This document shows, one piece after another, positions 1-12,680 of a DNA stretch of 64,000 bases. This stretch comes from Chitinivibrionales bacterium. Lineage in GTDB: Bacteria > Fibrobacterota > Chitinivibrionia > Chitinivibrionales > WJKA01. Location: the NCBI GenBank assembly GCA_038247415.1, contig JBBRUX010000001.1:77445-141444 (forward strand), read 5' to 3'. The stretch's first letter is position 1, and each line of letters begins with the position of its first letter. Under the pieces are notes generated by a model that was not told where the DNA came from, did no database searches, and worked only from the letters and a program-made list of their open reading frames with translations. Both the position numbers and the translations under genes were made by a program.

Positions 1-194
1 TCCAATACCAGCGATTAACCTACGCGAAGATTCTGCCATGTGAAAAAGCCTTTCTGATGATTACGATAGTGCGGCAATGTGCCGCGACTGCTTGAAAATT
101 ATTTACAAACTCGCACCCGCGGCCACTGAGTTTTCTGAGGAGGGCGCGTACCAGTCAGACGTTGGTATAATTGCCTTATTGTAATATTCAAGTA

Positions 195-503
195 TCATGC
201 ATTTTCCCAAGGTTTTAATGGCCACTTTGTCAAATCCCGAGAACCTCGAATTACTGCAATCATTTGAACTGACTCCCCTTGAATTCGGTACATGATTCGA
301 AAATTCTGTAAAATCAATTCTCGGATCTTTGGATCGGCAACTTCAGGGACTGCACGACCAATCTCGGGGAAATCAATTAACATCTCTACGGCATCCAATA
401 TCTTTTCGATGAAGCTTGCAGCATAAATCTCAGAATCTCTTGCAATATAACTGCGAATAGATTCGAGATCATCGGCCGCTGGAACCGTTCATCGTAAAAT
501 CAT
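195..503 (-). pseudogene. RelE/ParE family toxin with in-frame TGA at codon 5
   Basis: Hand translation from ATG 503 gives MILR*TVPAADDLESIRSYIARDSEIYAASFIEKILDAVEMLIDFPEIGRAVPE...IRELILQNFRIMYRI. This is ParE/RelE-like. The TGA at 489-491 sits where the family usually has Trp. The start overlaps the antitoxin stop (ATGA). Confidence 0.8.
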
Positions 504-679
504 ATTTTCAGAAATCTTTTTTTAAGGTCCTCATGCGATAGCAGATGCCCTTCATCTGCTGATTTAACACCTTTGTCAATTTTATTGCAAACATACATTT
601 CATACATGAGGTCATCCCATGATGCTTCATCGGAAAGATTGTTAAGGAGCTTTTTTGCGTCCTCTTTAACAGCACTCAT
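500..679 (-). CDS. Putative antitoxin (59 aa), not in ORF track
   Basis: MSAVKEDAKKLLNNLSDEASWDDLMYEMYVCNKIDKGVKSADEGHLLSHEDLKKRFLKI; AAGGA RBS upstream; ATGA-coupled to the toxin gene. Confidence 0.75.
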   Translation of the reverse strand: MSAVKEDAKKLLNNLSDEASWDDLMYEMYVCNKIDKGVKSADEGHLLSHEDLKKRFLKI

Positions 680-713
680 AAGATAGTCCTTTCACACTCG
701 TTTTTATGAGGGC

Positions 714-1493
714 TCAAAAATGCATGCGAATTGGCACACCGCGATCTGAGAGATACTGTTTTATACCTGCAACTGTATGCGTGCCATAATGAAGCATAGA
801 AGCAACAAGAGCTGCATCGGCTTTGCCTTTGGTAAGTACATCGTATAAATGTTCTGGTGTTCCGCCCCCACCCGATGCGATAACCGGGATACCTACTGAT
901 TCAGCAATCTGGCATGTCAAGTTTAGCTCATAACCATCGCGCGTTCCATCGGCATCGATACTATTGACAACAAGCTCACCTGCTCCACGATCGTGCCCTT
1001 CCTTGGCCCAGGCAATTGCATCGATTCCCATAGGCGTTCTGCCACCATTGATAACAATTTCGTATCCTGAAGGTATTGATGCAGAAGTAGGAACTTTAAG
1101 AACATCCATAGAAAGCACCACACACTGGGCTCCAAACGCATGTGAGGTTTCATTAATAAGGCTTGGGTTTTTTACCGCTGCCGAATTAACATTAATTTTT
1201 TCGGCACCCGCCAAAAGCACCGCGCGGGCATCATCGACACTGCGCAGCCCCCCACCAACCGAAAAAGGAATAAACACTTGCGCCGCCACAGCCGACACAA
1301 CATCAAGCATAATGCCACGGTTATCGCTTGACGCCGTAATATCATAAAATACAAGTTCATCAAGACCATCGGTATAATAGCGCCGTGCCGTTTCAACAGG
1401 ATCTCCAATATCTTGGGTGTTGACAAATTTAACACTTTTGGCAAGCTTACCATTGCGGACATCAAGACATGAAATAATTCTTTTTGTTAACAT
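714..1493 (-). CDS. hisF: Imidazole glycerol phosphate synthase cyclase subunit
   Basis: [33 protein letters not shown] motifs; start trimmed to ATG 1493. Confidence 0.95.
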   Translation of the reverse strand: MLTKRIISCLDVRNGKLAKSVKFVNTQDIGDPVETARRYYTDGLDELVFYDITASSDNRGIMLDVVSAVAAQVFIPFSVGGGLRSVDDARAVLLAGAEKINVNSAAVKNPSLINETSHAFGAQCVVLSMDVLKVPTSASIPSGYEIVINGGRTPMGIDAIAWAKEGHDRGAGELVVNSIDADGTRDGYELNLTCQIAESVGIPVIASGGGGTPEHLYDVLTKGKADAALVASMLHYGTHTVAGIKQYLSDRGVPIRMHF

Positions 1494-2107
1494 GCACTGC
1501 CATCCCAAAGAGTAAAACGCCGCAAAATCGACAAACCCAATTCTCCGCTTTTTTCGAGATGAAACTGTGTTGCAAAAAGATTTTTGCAGCCAAGTGCTGC
1601 TGTAAACGGAATAGTATACGTACACGTCAGATAGACAGAAGAATCATCTGCTACACACGGAAAATAGGAATGCACAAAATAAAACTCTGCCCCGTCGGAA
1701 ACATCTTCCAGGAGCGGATGGTTTTTAACACGCTTGACACAATTCCAACCCATGTGCGGAATTTTAAATTCGCTGCTTGGAGCTACAAATTTTTTACATT
1801 CACCGGGAAGTAAACCAAGGCACTCAGTAGGACCTTCTTCTGAGCGGCTCAGAATTATCTGAGTTCCCAGACAAATTCCAAGCAGTGGAGTGCCCCTCTT
1901 AAAAACGTCGAGAAGCGCTTTTCCAAGCCCTGTGCTCGTAAGGTTGTGCATAGCCGATGCTGCATGCCCAACACCAGGGAAAATAACACGATCTGCACCT
2001 CGAACACTATCTGGATCGCTGGAAATAATCGCCTGCACACCTAAATAATCGAGCGCGCGCTTAACAGAGGTGAGATTTCCAGCTTTATAGTCAACGATAA
2101 CAATCAT
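1487..2107 (-). CDS. hisH: Imidazole glycerol phosphate synthase glutamine amidotransferase subunit
   Basis: [41 protein letters not shown]; start trimmed to ATG 2107. Confidence 0.95.
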   Translation of the reverse strand: MIVIVDYKAGNLTSVKRALDYLGVQAIISSDPDSVRGADRVIFPGVGHAASAMHNLTSTGLGKALLDVFKRGTPLLGICLGTQIILSRSEEGPTECLGLLPGECKKFVAPSSEFKIPHMGWNCVKRVKNHPLLEDVSDGAEFYFVHSYFPCVADDSSVYLTCTYTIPFTAALGCKNLFATQFHLEKSGELGLSILRRFTLWDGSAC

Positions 2108-2231
2108 AGGATAAATCCTAAAAGGAGAAAAGCAGTGACGGTTCTGGATTAATCTCTTGAGGGAGGTTAGTACCGCCAAGAAGGAAACCATTGTAAAATA
2201 GTTTGCTGCATTCCTGGCGGCTAATCAATTA

Positions 2232-4763
2232 TTATCGATTTGAGATATCGATTTTCACTTGAGGGACATGCCAGATATCACGATTATATTCAGCAATAGT
2301 TCTATCGGAGGAAAACTTGCCCATGTTTGCTACATTCTTGATTGCCATGGAAGTCCACAGTGCCTGATCCTTGTAGGTTTGCGAAACCTTGTTCTGACAC
2401 TCGAGATAAGATGCAAAATCTGCCATGATCATATACCGATCCCCACCGTCAAGCAGTGTATTATACAGCGGCATAAAAAGCCCAGGCTGATCAAGGTCAA
2501 AATAACCGCCTCTGATCATATCCATCACCTGACGCAGCTCTTCGCACTGACGATAATAATTCCATGGATGATACCCGCTGCGACGCAGATTTTCTACTTC
2601 ATTGGTTCGCAAACCAAAAATAAACATATTCTCTTCGCCCACTTCTTCGGATATTTCGATATTTGCACCATCCATGGTTCCAATGGTAAGGGCTCCATTA
2701 AGCGCAAATTTCATATTCCCTGTTCCCGAGGCTTCGGTGCCGGCGGTAGAAATCTGCTCCGACAAATCTGCTGCGGGAATAACATATTCGGCAAGCGATA
2801 CACGATAATTGCCAAGGAAATGAACGCGCAAAGCATCTGATGTCTTTTTATCATGGTTGACAATTTCGGCTATATTATTGATAAACTTTATGATAAGCTT
2901 AGCCATATAATAACCAGGGGCAGCTTTTCCGCCAAAGAGAACAACACGCGGTACAGGGTTGACTATTTTGCCACTTCGGATTCCATTGTAGAGAGAAATC
3001 ACATGAAGCGCATTCAAAAGCTGGCGTTTATATTCGTGAATACGTTTAACCTGAACATCATAGAGGAAATCGATAGGAACATCAACTCCCTGCCACTCCT
3101 TAAGTTTTAGCGCGAACGACTTTTTGGCAGATACTTTTGCCATCTGCCACTGCTTTTGAAGCGATGGATCTGACGCATGAGGCGCAAGGGTGGAAAGCTT
3201 TCCAAGATCGGAAACCCACTCTCCCCCAACCGTTGTGGTGATAAGAGTCGATAGTGCCGGATTTGCTTTATAAAGCCATCGACGTGGTGTTATACCATTT
3301 GTCTTATTATTGAAACGAGTTGGCCACATATCACAAAAATCTTTAAACAATCCGCTTATGAGAAGCTCGGTATGAAGGGCAGCAACTCCATTTACAGAAT
3401 GAGACCCAACAATCGCAAGATGCGCCATACGTACCTGCGGCTCGGGGCCTTCTTCGATAAACGACATACGTCGAAGGCGGTCGGTATCGCCAGGGAATCT
3501 TCTGATAACTTCATCGAGAAAATCTTTATTGATTTCGTAAATAATTTCCATATGACGTGGTAACAAATTGGTCATGAGGGAAACAGACCATTTTTCGAGG
3601 GCCTCTGGCATGAGAGTATGATTTGTATACGCAAATGTTTTTCGGACTATATCCCAGGCTTCATCCCACCCAAGATTGTGTTCGTCAACCAGAAGTCGCA
3701 TAAGTTCTGCAATGGAAATTGCAGGATGGGTATCGTTGAGTTGTATTGCAACTTTTTCGGAAAATTCTGCGAAGGTCTCGTTATGTGCACGATAGCGACG
3801 AATAATATCCTGAAGGGAAGCCGAAGTAAAAAAGTGCTGTTGCTTGAGGCGAAGTTCCTTACCCGAATGATTTGAGTCGTTTGGATAGAGAACCTTGCTG
3901 ATATTCTCGCTCATCATCTTGCTATGACAAGCTCCAATGTAATCGCCGCTATTAAAATTGTCGAGATTGAATTCAAGGGCAGAACGAGAAGCCCACAGTC
4001 GCAAGGTGTTAACGGTATTATTATGAAATCCGGGAACAGGAGTATCGTAGGGTATTGCTAATACAGTATCGGTATCAACCCACTGGGTTGGGTTTTTTGA
4101 AGTAGGCCCGGCAGTTCGATGAGTTTTTCCATAAAACTTAATTGCGATACGATATTCTGGACGCTCTATTTCCCACGGATTGCCAAACTGAAGCCACTCT
4201 TCTGGCAATTCTCGCTGAGCGCCATTTTGAATCTGCTGCTTAAAAATACCAAATTCGTATCGAATACCATACCCAATGGCAGGAAGCTCAAGGGTTGCCA
4301 TCGAATCGAGAAAACAGGCAGCCAAGCGACCAAGACCACCATTACCAAGCCCAGCATCAGGTTCACTATCGCGAATTTGCTCATAATCGAGGCCTAGCTT
4401 TTTCATGGCTTTAGTGCACTCTTCGTTCAGATCGAGATTAAGCACATTATCCGCAAGCAGCCGACCCAAAAGAAATTCGAGCGAAAGGTAATAAAGCCGC
4501 TTGACATTCTGCTTATGATACGTTTGCTGGGTTAATATCCACCGCTCAATAAGGCGCTCGCGTATTGTATACGCAAGACTTAGGAACTGGTCGTGTTGGG
4601 TGAGAGTATATTCGTCTTTTGCGATATTATATTCGAGATTATTAAGAAAACCGCGCCAAATATCCTTTTCTTTCATTCCTTTGAAATGTATTGACCAGGG
4701 CGATTCTTCGGTGCTGTGATGAATTGGGTTTTTTGATTTCGGGTCCACTTTAGCCTTATTCAT
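2232..4763 (-). CDS. glgP: Glycogen/alpha-glucan phosphorylase
   Basis: DAGLGNGGLGRLAACFLDS, QLNDTHP, KRIHEYKRQ, EASGTGNMK (PLP lysine). Confidence 0.97.
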   Translation of the reverse strand: MNKAKVDPKSKNPIHHSTEESPWSIHFKGMKEKDIWRGFLNNLEYNIAKDEYTLTQHDQFLSLAYTIRERLIERWILTQQTYHKQNVKRLYYLSLEFLLGRLLADNVLNLDLNEECTKAMKKLGLDYEQIRDSEPDAGLGNGGLGRLAACFLDSMATLELPAIGYGIRYEFGIFKQQIQNGAQRELPEEWLQFGNPWEIERPEYRIAIKFYGKTHRTAGPTSKNPTQWVDTDTVLAIPYDTPVPGFHNNTVNTLRLWASRSALEFNLDNFNSGDYIGACHSKMMSENISKVLYPNDSNHSGKELRLKQQHFFTSASLQDIIRRYRAHNETFAEFSEKVAIQLNDTHPAISIAELMRLLVDEHNLGWDEAWDIVRKTFAYTNHTLMPEALEKWSVSLMTNLLPRHMEIIYEINKDFLDEVIRRFPGDTDRLRRMSFIEEGPEPQVRMAHLAIVGSHSVNGVAALHTELLISGLFKDFCDMWPTRFNNKTNGITPRRWLYKANPALSTLITTTVGGEWVSDLGKLSTLAPHASDPSLQKQWQMAKVSAKKSFALKLKEWQGVDVPIDFLYDVQVKRIHEYKRQLLNALHVISLYNGIRSGKIVNPVPRVVLFGGKAAPGYYMAKLIIKFINNIAEIVNHDKKTSDALRVHFLGNYRVSLAEYVIPAADLSEQISTAGTEASGTGNMKFALNGALTIGTMDGANIEISEEVGEENMFIFGLRTNEVENLRRSGYHPWNYYRQCEELRQVMDMIRGGYFDLDQPGLFMPLYNTLLDGGDRYMIMADFASYLECQNKVSQTYKDQALWTSMAIKNVANMGKFSSDRTIAEYNRDIWHVPQVKIDISNR

Positions 4764-5021
4764 GAAGGATCCTTTAGTTTAACGGTATATAAACTGGTCG
4801 TTATACATGCATTATTTAATTGACGTATGAAAATTTAACCCTTTAAAAATATATTAGACCACTCCCGTAAGCCATCAGAATTAAGCAGTCCCGACATCCC
4901 GCACCATAAAAGCTTGAGCCACTCAACGCCGCGGGTGTATTTTTAAAACAGTACTAAAAGTCCCAATTTGCCCTACGACAAGGCAGCATACTCTTCGATT
5001 CAAACGAAAGCGACCCGACCT

Positions 5022-5774
5022 ATGACACCTTGGAAATTTATTCTTGTCATTCTTTCTGGTATTCTGGTAGGCGCACTTGGAACCTTCATTATTTGCACGC
5101 AGAAACCCAAAACCTTACCGAGCCAATCGCTGACCAACGTGTCTGAATCTGCCCGACTGGTAGAATCTAACCTGAGTCGATTCTCAGACCGATTTCGATC
5201 CCAAATGGATGCATTGTGCACAACAGTTGCCCATGATGGCCCTTTTGCTCTTAAACTCTTTGTTGAAAACGACCGCAATGCACCAGAAGTATCCGACTTT
5301 GCCGGGAAATTTATCGAACCCATGGCAATTGATCTTCTAGAAATAACCGATTCGGCCTTTGCAATACTTTCGAGCGGTCCTTATGGCGCAGCTCTGGGAA
5401 CCATAGCCTCCATTATACCTTCATTGGTAGACGATGGGGAAGTACAATGTGTAATCGACACCATACGGGGACACGAAGTGCTTGCGCTTGAATATCAAAA
5501 AAAGGTCTCCATTTCCGATGCGATTGTTCATGTTAGGGGCGGCCTCATTCTCGATGATGACTTCCTCGATGCGATACGTCCTTCTTCGGCCATTAAAATT
5601 GGCATCAAGCGTGGCAATACCATTTCTGTTCGAAGCCTGGCAAGTCGTTCTGATGCTGCTATAGACAATGGGAAATTGCAGATCGATAAGAGCATCTACG
5701 TTGCCGACACACTTGCACTTCCCTATCGCGGGGTGGGAGCTATACCATGCCTTCTTATCCTGACGCGGCAATGA
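5022..5774 (+). CDS. Hypothetical protein with N-terminal membrane anchor
   Basis: Long ORF with hydrophobic N-terminus (FILVILSGILVGALGTFIIC); start chosen at ATG 5022. Confidence 0.65.
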   Translation: MTPWKFILVILSGILVGALGTFIICTQKPKTLPSQSLTNVSESARLVESNLSRFSDRFRSQMDALCTTVAHDGPFALKLFVENDRNAPEVSDFAGKFIEPMAIDLLEITDSAFAILSSGPYGAALGTIASIIPSLVDDGEVQCVIDTIRGHEVLALEYQKKVSISDAIVHVRGGLILDDDFLDAIRPSSAIKIGIKRGNTISVRSLASRSDAAIDNGKLQIDKSIYVADTLALPYRGVGAIPCLLILTRQ

Positions 5775-5849
5775 CAGGAACACCTCAAAAAACACCCACA
5801 GAGCATCTACTTTATCTCCTGTCAATACTCTATAACGAATAAACACGAT

Positions 5850-6944
5850 ATGTACCTTCACGATATCATCTTTACCAACTTTCGAACGTATAGTCAGTGC
5901 GCACTCACGTTCCCCAAAGAAGGTGCACTCATTTGCGGAGACAATGGCAGCGGGAAAACCAATCTTCTCGAAGCTATCCATGTTCTGTGCACAGGTCGCT
6001 CTCAACGGGGAGCAAAACGGAGCGACATGATTTCCTTTAATTCCGATGTGTTTCGTATTGAAGGAACATTCATATCAGATATCGGAAAAAATGAACAAGC
6101 GGGAATCGGGGTCTCTCGGGATAACAAAATAGCCTTAAGCCGCAACAACATTCCTGTTGCATCGCTTGCCAGCTGGTTTGGGCATACCCCGGTTGTGTCA
6201 TTCTCTCCAGAAGATTTAAACCTTATTTACGGATCCCCTTTATTGCGCCGACAGTTTTGCGACATGATACTCTGCGCAACGCATCCAGATTACCTGCCAG
6301 CGCTCATTGCCTATCGGCATGCCTTACAAAACAGAAATCATTGCTTAACTAACGGAGCAGACGGTTCTTTACTAGATACGTATGAAGAGCTCATGGCAGC
6401 ACATGGCTGGACAATTGCACTGTGTCGATTTGATTTGAGCATTTTTCTTAAAGAACAATGCGCTGCAAACTATATGCTTATCGCCCCTTTAGACCAAGCT
6501 ATTTCTATCGATTATAAAAGCTCGCCCAGCAGCGATTTTAGTAGTGCAGGCACGTGGAAGAATGTATTTTTAACTTCGCTACAAAAGTCTCGATTAAGGG
6601 ATAGTTCTCTAGGTCAAACTTTTGTTGGACCGCATCGAGACGACCTGATTTGTAGACTCGATAATCGACTGATACGAGAATTCGGATCCCAAGGACAATG
6701 TCGTTCTTTTGCATTAGCGCTGAGGCTTTCATCGGTGAGATTTCTGAAGGCATCGGGAATTTCGGCTATGGTTTTTTTAGTAGATGATGCTTTTGCCGAG
6801 CTCGATGACGAGCGGGTAAAACGATTATATCCGCTCCTTGTTCAACAAGGGCAATTATTTATTGCAACACCCGCCCAAAAACCAGAAGGAATAGACCTTG
6901 CTATGCGGCTTAAGGTTTCATCGGGTGAAATTCTTGCACTATGA
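5850..6944 (+). CDS. recF: DNA replication/repair protein RecF
   Basis: NFRTY, Walker A GDNGSGKTNLLEA, GPHRDDL, GSQGQ, LVDDAFAELD. Confidence 0.95.
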   Translation: MYLHDIIFTNFRTYSQCALTFPKEGALICGDNGSGKTNLLEAIHVLCTGRSQRGAKRSDMISFNSDVFRIEGTFISDIGKNEQAGIGVSRDNKIALSRNNIPVASLASWFGHTPVVSFSPEDLNLIYGSPLLRRQFCDMILCATHPDYLPALIAYRHALQNRNHCLTNGADGSLLDTYEELMAAHGWTIALCRFDLSIFLKEQCAANYMLIAPLDQAISIDYKSSPSSDFSSAGTWKNVFLTSLQKSRLRDSSLGQTFVGPHRDDLICRLDNRLIREFGSQGQCRSFALALRLSSVRFLKASGISAMVFLVDDAFAELDDERVKRLYPLLVQQGQLFIATPAQKPEGIDLAMRLKVSSGEILAL

Positions 6945-7234
6945 AAGCGAGTTCACCACCGTCGCATGTTGGCGATATTGTTGCAGCACTTTTATCTGAA
7001 CGCGGGTATCTTTCTGTTTGTCAGGAATACCAGGCGGTGCATCGATGGGCAGAAATTGTAGGAGATAAGATAGCGCAGCACGCAACCTGTGATCGTGTAG
7101 AAGACGGTGTACTGTATGTTCGAGTTGCATCGGCTTCGTGGCGTCAGGAAATTAGCTATTTGAAACATACCATCCTAGAAACCGTTAAAACAGTTACAGG
7201 CTGTAAAACGATTCGGGATATTGTCTTGTATTAA
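6941..7234 (+). CDS. DUF721/DciA family protein
   Basis: WAEIVGDKIAQHA...GVLYVRVASASWRQE; usual position between recF and gyrB. Confidence 0.85.
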   Translation: MKASSPPSHVGDIVAALLSERGYLSVCQEYQAVHRWAEIVGDKIAQHATCDRVEDGVLYVRVASASWRQEISYLKHTILETVKTVTGCKTIRDIVLY

Positions 7235-10023
<2,789 letters not shown>

Positions 10024-10031
<8 letters not shown>

Positions 10032-12606
10032 CAGTGAGAAAATCGTCCCGGTTTTTATCGAAGATGAAATGCAGAAATCATACCTCGATTATTCGATGAG
10101 TATGATCACCTCGCGGGCACTTCCCGATGTACGCGATGGACTCAAACCTGTGCACCGTCGGGTGCTGTTTGGCATGAGCGAATTAAGCCTTGCTCATAAT
10201 AAGCCGCCCAAGAAATGCGCACGTGTGGTTGGAGATGTCATCGGTAAATACCATCCACATGGCGATGGACCTGTATACGACACACTCGTACGTATGGCAC
10301 AAGATTTTTCTTTACGATATCGCATGGTGGATGGCCAAGGAAACTTTGGATCAATCGACGGTGATCCACCCGCTGCAATGCGATATACCGAGTGCCGCAT
10401 GACATCCATAGCAGAAGAAATGCTCGCCGATCTCGAAAAAGAGACGGTTGACTTTATCCCAAACTATGACGATTCCATGATGGAACCATCGGTGCTTCCT
10501 GCCCGAGTTCCTTCGCTTCTTATCAATGGCTCAACGGGTATTGCCGTGGGTATGGCAACAAATATACCTCCGCATAATTTAACAGAAATTATTAATGCAA
10601 TAGTAGCGGTTATTCAAAACTCAGAAATCACCGCGGAAGAACTTTTTAAAATTGTCCCCGGCCCCGATTTTCCAACAGGTGGAATTATCTATGGACGAAG
10701 TGGAATATGGGATGCTTGTCGAACAGGAAGAGGTAAAGCAGTTGTGCGCGCTCGGGCTGAAATAGAAAAGCTACCCAACGATCGCGAGCAGATTGCCGTT
10801 ACCGAAATTCCGTACATGGTTAACAAAACAAGCCTTCTAGAACGCATGGGAGAGCTTGTTCGCGAAAAAACCATCGAAGGAATTTCATTTATCCGAGACG
10901 AATCGGATCGCCGTGGAATGCGCATTGTCATTGGTGTCAAAAAAGACAATTTTGCCGAAGTGGTTCTTAATCAGTTGTATAAATTTACATCTATGCAATC
11001 GACATTTGGCATTACCAATCTTGCTCTCGTCAATAAACGGCCCAAACTTTTAAATCTTAAAGATATTATCCTTCACTTTTTGGAGCATCGTCATGTTGTT
11101 GTGGTGCGCAGGACTCAATTCGAGCTTCGCAAAGCACAGGAACGTGCACACATACTCGAAGGCCTTAAAATTGCCCTGGATAATATCGATGAAATAATTC
11201 AGCTTATTAAATCGTCACCCTCTGCCGATGAAGCTCTTATTAAGCTCCGTACGCGTTTTGGCCTTTCTGAAATTCAAGCCAAAGCAATTCTTGACATGCG
11301 CCTCCAGAGACTTACGGGCTTGGAACGCGACAAGCTTGAAGCCGAATATCAGGAATTAATGAAAATCATCGAACGCCTTAATGCACTTTTAGCCGATCGC
11401 AGTTTGCGCATGGAAGTGATAACAGGCGAACTTGTTGACATTAGAGATCGCTTTGGTGACGAACGTCGAACCGAAATTGTGGATGCCGAAGGCGATGTTG
11501 ACATCGAAGATATGATTGCCGACGAAGACGTAGTTATTACCATGAGCCATAGCGGATATATCAAACGAACACCGGTGAACACCTATCGGTCACAAGGTCG
11601 TGGGGGTCGCGGCATAAAAGGCATGGATTCTAAAGATGATGATTTTGTTCAGAACCTTTTTATTGCATCTACTCACTCCTACATTCTCTTTTTTACATCC
11701 ATTGGCAGATGTTATTGGTTGAAAGTGTATCGAATTCCCGAGGCTGGACGTAACGGTCGGGGAAAAGCTATTATCAATTTGCTTCAACTTAAGCCGGACG
11801 AAAAAATAGCTGCCTTTGTTCCTGTGAAAGAATTTAACGATACTTCCTTTATTATAACAGCTACTCGCATGGGTGTTATAAACAAGCAACCGCTTAAGGC
11901 ATATTCAAATATTCGACGGGATGGTGTCAATGCCTTTAATCTGGACGAAGGCGATGCAGTTATCGAATGCAAACTAACATCCGCTAATGATGATATTATT
12001 CTTGCAACGCGTGATGGTCAAGCAGTTCGTTTCCACGAAAGTGCGACACGAGAACTAGGCCGCAACACGCGCGGTATGAAGGGCATTACCCTTAAAGGCG
12101 CAGATATTGTTGTTGGTATGATAGTAGTCCAAGAAGATGGCAACGTTCTCACCGTCACCGAAAATGGCTATGGTAAAATCACCCCCGTTGCCGATTACCG
12201 CAGAACAAACCGCGGCGGGCTTGGCATTATCAATATTAAATGCTCCGAACGCAATGGTGCGGTTGTTGCAGTGCGCGAAGTTCGGCCAGAATGCGATGTT
12301 ATGATCATTACACGTAATGGCATTATCATCCGCAGCGATGTAAGCAGAATATCGGTTGTGGGAAGAAATACGCAGGGAGTTAAGCTTATTAGCCTTGACG
12401 AAACCGATAAGGTTATCGACTGTGCGCTCTGCGACAAAGATGACTCTAAACCCGATGAAGAAGAAGGCATAGGTGCTGCCGAACTCCCTGATACCTCAAG
12501 CGCAAGTAGTGCAGATATTGTAGAGGGCGCAGAGGTAACCGATGATTCAAGTCAGAAGGAACAAGAAGGTGCAGAATCTTCTGAGGCTTCCACCGAAGAA
12601 GAGTAA
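10024..12606 (+). CDS. gyrA: DNA gyrase subunit A
   Basis: RALPDVRDGLKPVHRR, AAMRYTE (catalytic Tyr), GyrA-box QGRGGRG, acidic tail; AAGGAG RBS before ATG 10024. Confidence 0.98.
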
Positions 12607-12625
12607 TTTCCTAAGTAGCACTCAT

Positions 12626-12670
12626 AAAAAAGTCCCGTGCATTCTCTCGAATGCACGGGACTTTTCTTTT
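12626..12670. terminator. Bidirectional intrinsic terminator
   Basis: AGTCCCGTGCATTC-tctc-GAATGCACGGGACT perfect 14-bp stem with A and T tracts, between convergent gyrA and wza-like gene. Confidence 0.9.
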
Positions 12671-12680
12671 ATTTCGAATT

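Noticed and set aside
4764..5021. oriC upstream of the recF-gyr cluster
   Set aside because: No dnaA nearby and no cluster of TTATCCACA-like boxes seen.
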